DNA of 64,000 nucleotides, from positions 128,001 through 192,000 of the forward strand of contig JACVGT010000011.1 in assembly GCA_018992685.1 (NCBI GenBank). Reading direction: 5' to 3'. The DNA is from Theionarchaea archaeon (lineage in GTDB: Archaea > Methanobacteriota_B > Thermococci > Methanofastidiosales > SZ-28-30). The notes under the pieces are model-generated. The model was given only the letters and a program-made list of their open reading frames with translations, was not told the origin of the DNA and ran no database searches. Position 1 is the stretch's first letter, and every line of letters starts with the position of its first letter. Both the position numbers and the translations under genes were made by a program. Positions 57,135-64,000 of this stretch are shown here, piece after piece.

Positions 57135-58037
57135 TCAGGTCAAAAACAGGAGCAGTACTGTCAGTGAACCGATGCTGGCTATGGTAGATGTCAGAACTGC
57201 ACTGGAAACAAATCCGGGTTCTGCATCGAATTCAATGGCAATCAAGACAGAATTAATGGCCGTAGGCATGGAACATTCAACAATCAAGATACTCCGCAAT
57301 ACACCCTCTATTCCCATTAAACTGGTGAGAGCAACGCCGATAAGAGGAGATAGCCCCAATCGCAAGATATTAACCAGTAAGAGTGATTTGAAATCTTTGT
57401 TCATATGCGTATTGCAGAGTTGAATACCCAGAAGCACCATGCACACGGGGATGGCGGCAGATCCCAGGAGGCCGACTGATTTTCCCACGAAAGAGGGAAC
57501 TTCTACATGGAGTGAGCTGATGAGAGATGCTATTACTACTGCATATATGAGTGGGATTTTGAATACGTTCAGAAAGGACTCCTTGAAGCTGGACTTACCC
57601 CTAGATGCGATGTACACGGCAAGCGTGTACATGATGATTGATCCATACATCATGTAGGCCAGCGCACTGATTGTTCCTTCTTCACCAAAGGCAAAGGTGC
57701 ACAAGGGGACGCCATAGTTGCCTGAGTTGGTAAAGAGGACTGACAGGAGGAATGCACTCTCTACAGTCTTCTCCAGATTGAGAAGTCTACAGGCTGTGAG
57801 GGATATGATGTAGAGGATTCCCGTAAACCCCACCACGAAGACTCCAATAACTGCTAGGCTGCCCAGGACATCTCTGTCTATGAACGTAGTGAAGACTAGC
57901 GAAGGAAGGAGGATATAGATACTGAGGTGGGCTATGGAACGTGTGTCCGGGTTCTTGGTCTTACCCAGCAGGACACCAATCCCAAATATAAGGAATATGG
58001 GGAAGAGTACGTCCATGAGCACCTGGATGAGGTCCAT
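57135..58037 (-). CDS. AEC-family (auxin efflux carrier-like) transporter
   Basis: NSGNYGVP, MPTA, about 10 TM. Confidence 0.92.
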   Translation of the reverse strand: MDLIQVLMDVLFPIFLIFGIGVLLGKTKNPDTRSIAHLSIYILLPSLVFTTFIDRDVLGSLAVIGVFVVGFTGILYIISLTACRLLNLEKTVESAFLLSVLFTNSGNYGVPLCTFAFGEEGTISALAYMMYGSIIMYTLAVYIASRGKSSFKESFLNVFKIPLIYAVVIASLISSLHVEVPSFVGKSVGLLGSAAIPVCMVLLGIQLCNTHMNKDFKSLLLVNILRLGLSPLIGVALTSLMGIEGVLRSILIVECSMPTAINSVLIAIEFDAEPGFVSSAVLTSTIASIGSLTVLLLFLT

Positions 58038-58581
58038 GGGTAGGCGTTGTGATGGGTCTTAAAAAGATTGTGGGTATTCACTCCATCTTGCATGGTAAAG
58101 GACTGAGTCGTACCATCCGTATAATCAGAAATCAGGGAACGACAAACGGTAGTAGCGAATGGATCAGTCTTTACAAACAGCAAGTTGAAGTCAGAGATCC
58201 GTACGTATGCGTCCGGACATGAATCTTCATTTTATGTCCTTTTATTTTTTATTATCATTTCCATTATTCTTAAAAAGAAATTTTCATCATCATTCTAAAT
58301 GTCGTGTGCGGTTTTTTTATTAATTATCCACCGACTTTGAAATCGGGTCGCGAAATTCGCAGAGTCCGCAAGCTTTATAAAGAATGGAGCCCTCTACTTA
58401 TTATAACTGGAAGGTACTGGTTGGAAGGGTAAATCCCCCCGAGGCTCAACAAACCATTGCCCCCATAACCTTCTTCTCAAACACTGAGGCCTCTCAGCGG
58501 AGAGCCCATATTCCAACTCTCCTTCCGACTTCTGCTTTTCACGAGATACTCTCTCTGCTGGTGGGTAGAAGGTCATGATCC

Positions 58582-59076
58582 TCATTCTCCATCAAAGGTG
58601 AACAGATCCACGATCCTCCTGGCAGGCTCAAATGCTTTGCAAAATCGTCTCAGACCTGGTACTGCTTCAATCTGTCCCCTTTCATCCCTGTAGGCATGCA
58701 GTCCATCAGGGAATACCAGGTCTCTGCGATCCTTATTGGCGAATGCTACAATGACACTGACAATATACACTGTATTCTCCTGGGGATCGGGAAGGTTCAC
58801 CGTTTTATCATAAGATATATCAGTGATATCCACACCGTCAACAGTTTCGGAACGCCTCTCAGTTTCTTTCACTCGCGCCACCTTTCCACTTCGTGGAATT
58901 ATGATATCCTTTTCACCCTGTCGGATGACCACATCATGAGGGGTTAAATTTATGAGGACGGGTTTTTTCTTTTCAAAAAGGCTCTTGACTTTCTGAAAGA
59001 CCTTTGAAAAAAGGTTGAAAGCCTGCTTTGTGCTATCTGAAAACAAATCCCAACTCATGACGAGATGTTCTTCCAT
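58582..59076 (-). CDS. Hypothetical protein of the NLTPH family
   Basis: LINLTPH...PRSGKVARV...LPDPQENTVYIVS...RDLVFP...RDERGQI. Confidence 0.72.
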   Translation of the reverse strand: MEEHLVMSWDLFSDSTKQAFNLFSKVFQKVKSLFEKKKPVLINLTPHDVVIRQGEKDIIIPRSGKVARVKETERRSETVDGVDITDISYDKTVNLPDPQENTVYIVSVIVAFANKDRRDLVFPDGLHAYRDERGQIEAVPGLRRFCKAFEPARRIVDLFTFDGE

Positions 59077-59195
59077 GACATCTTAAAGGTTTCCCACCGT
59101 CCTTTCTCCCTCCTGACAAGGGGTTCACATCCCCTCTCACCGACCTGAAGTGGATCAGCACCCAACCCTTTTATGTGACGACTCAAACACTGATC

Positions 59196-59738
59196 ATGCT
59201 CACGCAAGAACAAGGCCAGTACCTGGTAAATCTAGCCAGGAAAAATATTGCTCACTTTCTCAAGACTGGAACAGCACTTCCTATCAACGGCTTTCCCACC
59301 ATTCTCAACGAGAAAAGAGGTGTATTCGTCACTCTCAAGAAGAACGAGCATCTCAGGGGCTGCATCGGGTATCCAGAGCCTGTCTACCCTTTAATCGAGG
59401 CACTCTTGGATTCTTCGATTTCTGCAGCGGTGAGAGATCCCCGGTTTCCACCTGTTACCGCCTCTGAAATGGAGACTGTTACTGTGGAGGTTACTGTCCT
59501 GACAGAACCGACCCCCATCAAGCCAGATCCTGCCAACGTCACTATTGGAAAGGACGGTCTCATGATAGAACAGGGTATGTTCAAGGGCATCCTTCTCCCC
59601 CAGGTACCCGTGGAATGGGAGTGGGATTCTGAAGAATTCCTTTGCCAGGCGTGTATCAAGGCAGGACTCCCTCCAGATTGTTGGCTGGACAAGAAAACTG
59701 TCGTCTACGCATTCCAGGGTCAGATCTTCTCTGAGTGA
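59196..59738 (+). CDS. AMMECR1-domain protein (AmmeMemoRadiSam protein A)
   Basis: GVFVTL, LRGCIG, DPRFPP, GILLPQV, CIKAGL. Confidence 0.95.
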   Translation: MLTQEQGQYLVNLARKNIAHFLKTGTALPINGFPTILNEKRGVFVTLKKNEHLRGCIGYPEPVYPLIEALLDSSISAAVRDPRFPPVTASEMETVTVEVTVLTEPTPIKPDPANVTIGKDGLMIEQGMFKGILLPQVPVEWEWDSEEFLCQACIKAGLPPDCWLDKKTVVYAFQGQIFSE

Positions 59739-59835
59739 GAGTTCATATTTTCCGGAAAGCGTAGGCTTTGCATGCTTTTCTTACATTACCCAAAGTGAAG
59801 AGAAACCTTTATATACAGGGATACCCAACGTACAT

Positions 59836-61197
59836 ATGCACACCCCTGAAGACATTGTTGACTTTTGTGAAGAAAGAAACATCCGGCTCATAAAATTACA
59901 GTTTGCTGACCTCGTGGGAGAACTGAAACAATTCGAGGTTCCTCTCAAGATCTTTCCCAAGGCACTTGAAGAAGGACTGAGCTTTGACGGTTCATCCGTC
60001 ACGGGGATGAACCCCGTGGAGGAAAGTGACCTGGTGGTAAAACCTGATGTGTCCACGTTTATTGAACTGCCTCTGGCAAGACAGAATGGAAAAGAGAAAG
60101 ACAGACCCCGGGTGGCCCGTGTCTTGTGCAACATCTATGAACCTCAAAATGGCAGCCTCACGCGACATCCAGGTGATCCTCGGTTTGTTTTACAGAAGAA
60201 TTTAGAATATGCTCTGAAAAAGGGATTCATCTACAATGTAGGCCCTGAGCTGGAATTCTTCATGTTCGAGCAGGATGGAGTCGCCAGGGTAACAGACTCA
60301 GGCGGGTACTTTGCTTCACCCTTCAGAGACCGTGGTGAGCGTGTCAGGGAGCAGATTATTGGGATTCTCTCCGAGTTGGGCAACCAGACAGGGATTGAGG
60401 CCGAGTATTCCCACCATGAGGCAGCCTTCTCGCAGCATGAGATTGATCTCAACTACGCAGAAGCACTGAAGATGGCAGATTTCACCATGTTATATAAGTG
60501 GATTGTGAAATTCATAGCAGAGCAGAGCGACATGGTGGCTACCTTCATGCCGAAGCCCATTGAAGGTATCAATGGCTCTGGCATGCATATCCACCAGAGT
60601 CTGGCAAATGAGAAAGGGGATAACCTGTTCTTTGATTCCCGGAATGACTACGGGCTGTCAGATATTGCCAGGCAGTTTATTGCAGGACAGTTGAAATATG
60701 CACGTGAAATATGCGGCATTCTGGCCCAGTGGGTGAACTCATATAAGCGGCTTATCCCAAATTTTGAGGCCCCCACCTATGTCTCCTGGTCTGTAGTGAA
60801 CAGGTCTGCTCTCATCAGGGTACCTTTGTCGTTGAAGAATAGAGAGAAAGCAGCAAGAGCAGAAATTCGGTGTGCAGATCCTGCGTGCAATCCGTACCTG
60901 GTCTTCGCTGTGCTGCTGAGGGCAGGGCTCAAAGGCATTGAGGAAGGATTGGAACTTGAAAGTCCCCAGAAAGACAATTTATACAACTTAGGATATCAAG
61001 AGCGGAAAAAACGGGGCATCATAGATTTGCCGGGAAGCCTGGGAGAAGCCATCAGAGAAGTTGAAAAGTCAGAGCTTGTCAGACAGGTACTGGGAGGGGT
61101 TATCATGGATAACTGGATCGCCCTGAAGGCGGAGGAATGGGCCAACTACAGAAAGAAAGTCCATCCATATGAGTTAGAGGTATACTACCACCTCTGA
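59836..61197 (+). CDS. glnA: Glutamine synthetase type I
   Basis: FDGSS, GPELEFF, HHE..SQHEI, FMPKP..NGSGMH, NRSALIRVP, DPACNPYL. Confidence 0.95.
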   Translation: MHTPEDIVDFCEERNIRLIKLQFADLVGELKQFEVPLKIFPKALEEGLSFDGSSVTGMNPVEESDLVVKPDVSTFIELPLARQNGKEKDRPRVARVLCNIYEPQNGSLTRHPGDPRFVLQKNLEYALKKGFIYNVGPELEFFMFEQDGVARVTDSGGYFASPFRDRGERVREQIIGILSELGNQTGIEAEYSHHEAAFSQHEIDLNYAEALKMADFTMLYKWIVKFIAEQSDMVATFMPKPIEGINGSGMHIHQSLANEKGDNLFFDSRNDYGLSDIARQFIAGQLKYAREICGILAQWVNSYKRLIPNFEAPTYVSWSVVNRSALIRVPLSLKNREKAARAEIRCADPACNPYLVFAVLLRAGLKGIEEGLELESPQKDNLYNLGYQERKKRGIIDLPGSLGEAIREVEKSELVRQVLGGVIMDNWIALKAEEWANYRKKVHPYELEVYYHL

Positions 61198-61351
61198 TCT
61201 TCTTTTTTCGGATCTTCCTTTATCAATGCTTCCCACTCCTTCTTTCTGGTTTACACATTGTAGGACAGACCCAACCCTTAAGAAGTATCTACTCTTATGA
61301 CTAACAGAGATCAAAATCGAGAATTTCCTTTGAAATAACGGAGGTGATGGA

Positions 61352-61852
61352 ATGAGTCATAATATCCGCTGTGAAACGGCACAGAGTCAACCAGAAGAGT
61401 GCGAATGCAGATGCAATGGGGAGTACCATGGCATACACAGACGGGACCTACCTGAGAGAGCTCAATTCGTGAACAGGAAAATGGGTGGAGGACTGGGAAG
61501 GATCATTCAGACCTTGAACAGGAGAAAGTTGGTGATGGCGTGCGGCATCCAGATAGAAATGGTTCTCTTCATTGGAATCGAAGATGAAGAGGGCATTCTG
61601 GATGGAGCTGGAAGGAAATGGGCAGTATACAGTAAGTGTCGATATCTGGTTGAAGGGAAATGCAGGAAGTTAGGAAAGACTCCCCGCAATACGGCAGAAT
61701 GCAAACCTGTCATCGTTGCGCCAACCTCATCAGGGATAGCTCAAATAGACCGCCTGAGCCTTGTGGAGATAAGCATCATCTGCTTTCTGTCGGCCAGGAG
61801 GGTATGGGAGTTCGAAAGCCCTGTGGAATCCATAGTGGTAGGCACAGAGTAA
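61352..61852 (+). CDS. Hypothetical Cys-rich protein
   Basis: RBS ggaggtga; N-terminal CETA....ECECRCNGEYHG. Confidence 0.65.
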   Translation: MSHNIRCETAQSQPEECECRCNGEYHGIHRRDLPERAQFVNRKMGGGLGRIIQTLNRRKLVMACGIQIEMVLFIGIEDEEGILDGAGRKWAVYSKCRYLVEGKCRKLGKTPRNTAECKPVIVAPTSSGIAQIDRLSLVEISIICFLSARRVWEFESPVESIVVGTE

Positions 61853-61891
61853 CAGAACCACCTTTAAAAGTGTTCCATGCAACAGGGAGTG

Positions 61892-63070
61892 ATGCATGTT
61901 TTTGGGTTTGTCGTTAATCCCATTGCTGGAATGGGTGGACGTGTTGGACTGAAAGGAACAGATAATGTGGTAGAAGAGGCAATTGAAAGAGGTGCAGAGC
62001 CTGTCTCAGGAGAAAGGGCACTTCGTATGCTGAAAGTGCTAGTAAGGGCACGCAATGAGTGCAAGAGAGAACTTCCCATTACCTGGGTTACTGTCTCCGG
62101 GAACATGGGAGCAGCCCTTCTCGAGGAGGCAGGCTTTTCTTCACAGGAGTACACAGTTCTCCATGAATGTGCGGACATCACGACGAGGGAAGATACAAAG
62201 AAGGCTTGCAGAGAATTTCAGACCCATAATGCAGAATTAATAGTATTCTGTGGAGGGGATGGGACAGCACGAGACATATTTGAGGTGGTAGATGCTGAAA
62301 CTCCTGTTGTGGGCATCCCGGCAGGAGTAAAAATGCATTCTGGCGTCTTTGGGGTCAATCCAGAAAGTGTAGCTGAAGTGATTCTCGCCTTTGTAGAGGG
62401 GAATTTGGGACTCAGCGAAGTGGAGATTATGGATTTGGATGAGATAGCATATCGTAAAGGAGAATGGAGAATAGACCTGCATGGTATTGCTGTTACTCCA
62501 TTTGAAGATAGTTATATACAGAGTGCCAAGATGATGGTTCGCGGGCCTTCAGAAGAAGAATTGAAAAAGGAAATTGCAGAGTATCTGCTAGAATTGATGG
62601 AGGAGGACACCTTATATATCCTGGGTTCGGGGAGCACTCTGAGAACTGTCGGTGAGGAACTGGGCATCGATAAGACTCTCCTGGGGATAGATGCTGTGGT
62701 CAATAGGACGTTGATCGGGAAGGACGTCAATGAAAAGGAATTGCTACGCCTCCTTGGAGAGTATGATCGTTCCACACTGATTGTCAGTCCCATTGGAGCA
62801 CAGGGATTCATACTGGGTAGAGGAAACCAGCAGTTAAGTCCAGCAGTTATAAAGAAAATTGGCATCGACAGAATCATGGTGGTTGCCACCCCCACCAAGC
62901 TCCAACAAACAGAAGCTTTGAGAGTGGACACCAATGATTCAGACCTGGATAGAGCATTTTCAGAGAAGAAATACTTCAGAGTTATTACAGGATACCACAC
63001 CATGGCTGTACGGAATGTCGAGGTTCAGGTAGCCAGGAGATCTCTTGAGAAACGTGGTGGGATTTTCTGA
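61892..63070 (+). CDS. ATP-NAD kinase-like family protein
   Basis: VNPIAGMGGRVGLKGTD, GGDGTARD, GVKMHSG, GRGNQQLS. Confidence 0.9.
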   Translation: MHVFGFVVNPIAGMGGRVGLKGTDNVVEEAIERGAEPVSGERALRMLKVLVRARNECKRELPITWVTVSGNMGAALLEEAGFSSQEYTVLHECADITTREDTKKACREFQTHNAELIVFCGGDGTARDIFEVVDAETPVVGIPAGVKMHSGVFGVNPESVAEVILAFVEGNLGLSEVEIMDLDEIAYRKGEWRIDLHGIAVTPFEDSYIQSAKMMVRGPSEEELKKEIAEYLLELMEEDTLYILGSGSTLRTVGEELGIDKTLLGIDAVVNRTLIGKDVNEKELLRLLGEYDRSTLIVSPIGAQGFILGRGNQQLSPAVIKKIGIDRIMVVATPTKLQQTEALRVDTNDSDLDRAFSEKKYFRVITGYHTMAVRNVEVQVARRSLEKRGGIF

Positions 63071-63239
63071 ATCCTGGTCGTCGCCCTGTTCTTCTTTCGT
63101 GTTCAATGCTACCATTCTCGTGAACTCGCCATCTGATCTAAGACGACACCCCTTGTGAGGACGGTTCAGTTTCGCGCGCCACATGCAACCTTAAATACCT
63201 GTGTGTTGTAAGGTGTATAACTTATGCAGGAGGAATAAA

Positions 63240-64000
63240 ATGAAAGACACAATGCTGGCTGTCTTCAAAACCAACCCCGAGCCAGGAGGAACAGAAATCA
63301 GAGAGGTGCCAGTCCCTATCGTGGGAGCACGTGATGTTCTCATCAAGGTCAAAGCATGTTCTATTTGTGGAACAGATGTGCACATCTATAACTGGGACCA
63401 GTGGGCGCAGAAACGGATCACTCCTCCGCTCCTGTATGGTCATGAGTTTGGAGGAGAAGTCGTTGAAATCGGAAGTGATGTCACGACTGTTCAGGTGGGT
63501 GATTATGTCTCAGCAGAATCCCATATTTTCTGTGGTTCATGTTACAACTGTAGAATGCAACAGCGCCACATCTGCTCAAACCTGCAGATCCTGGGTGTGG
63601 ACACGTCAGGCATTTTTGCTGAATATGCTCGGATACCTGCCCAAAATATATGGAAGAACGATCCTGATTTGCCCATTGAGTATGCGAGTGTACAGGACCC
63701 ACTGGGAAATGCGGTGCATACCGTATTCGCGGCAGACGTCCCGGGGAGAAATGTGGTTATCCTGGGATGTGGGCCCATCGGGGTTTTCGCCACTGCAATC
63801 TGCCACACGATTGGTGCAGCTCAGATTTTTGCCACCGAGGCGAAGTATAAGTACCGGGCAGACATTGCAGAAAAAGTCGGTGCAGATCAAGTTTTCTTTG
63901 GTGATGTGGATGTGCATGCTGGAGTGATGGAAGCTACCGATGGAGTGGGTGCAGATGTGGTTTTGGAATTCACAGGAAGTCCTGCTGCTGTCAATCAGGG
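63240..64000 (+). CDS. tdh: L-threonine 3-dehydrogenase (3'-partial; not in the ORF track)
   Basis: Manual translation MKDTMLAVFK...ICGTDVHIYNWDQWAQKRI..GHEF, CGSCYNC, DPLGNAVHT, GCGPIG. Confidence 0.92.
   Translation, partial: MKDTMLAVFKTNPEPGGTEIREVPVPIVGARDVLIKVKACSICGTDVHIYNWDQWAQKRITPPLLYGHEFGGEVVEIGSDVTTVQVGDYVSAESHIFCGSCYNCRMQQRHICSNLQILGVDTSGIFAEYARIPAQNIWKNDPDLPIEYASVQDPLGNAVHTVFAADVPGRNVVILGCGPIGVFATAICHTIGAAQIFATEAKYKYRADIAEKVGADQVFFGDVDVHAGVMEATDGVGADVVLEFTGSPAAVNQ

Noticed and set aside
63331-63927. 198-aa ORF in the track
   Set aside because: Wrong frame; the real gene is tdh starting at 63240 and running off the window.
1-64000. CRISPR array, tRNA or rRNA genes
   Set aside because: No regularly spaced repeats and no cloverleaf or T-loop signatures seen by eye; tRNAscan-SE and a CRISPR finder would be needed to exclude them formally.

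Overview
Archaeal chromosomal window. Evidence: aRF1, archaeosine TGT with PUA domain, a Methanococcales/Thermococcales-type S-layer gene, DpsL, TATA/BRE promoters and GGAGGTGA ribosome-binding sites. The gene content suggests a Thermococci-related sediment lineage such as Theionarchaea (inference only). About 1-14 kb is an accessory, decaying zone: two ABC-2 exporter pairs, truncated genes, IS remnants and a decayed copy of the 36-38 kb CPBP/S-layer locus. 14.2-21.1 kb is a tightly coupled four-gene BREX-related defence operon (DUF499-type ATPase, short PglZ, DUF1156-type Zn-ribbon adenine methyltransferase, small degenerate P-loop-like protein) with no helicase or recognisable restriction nuclease. 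21-46 kb holds metabolic and surface genes, including a heliorhodopsin. A Kiwa-like pair whose KwaB carries a C-terminal PKD domain sits between prf1 and tgtA. Two tandem LysW-like proteins lack the EDWGE terminus. The window ends with glnA, an NAD-kinase-like gene and a partial tdh. I saw no tRNA, rRNA or CRISPR array. All family assignments come from recognising motifs by eye, not from database searches.
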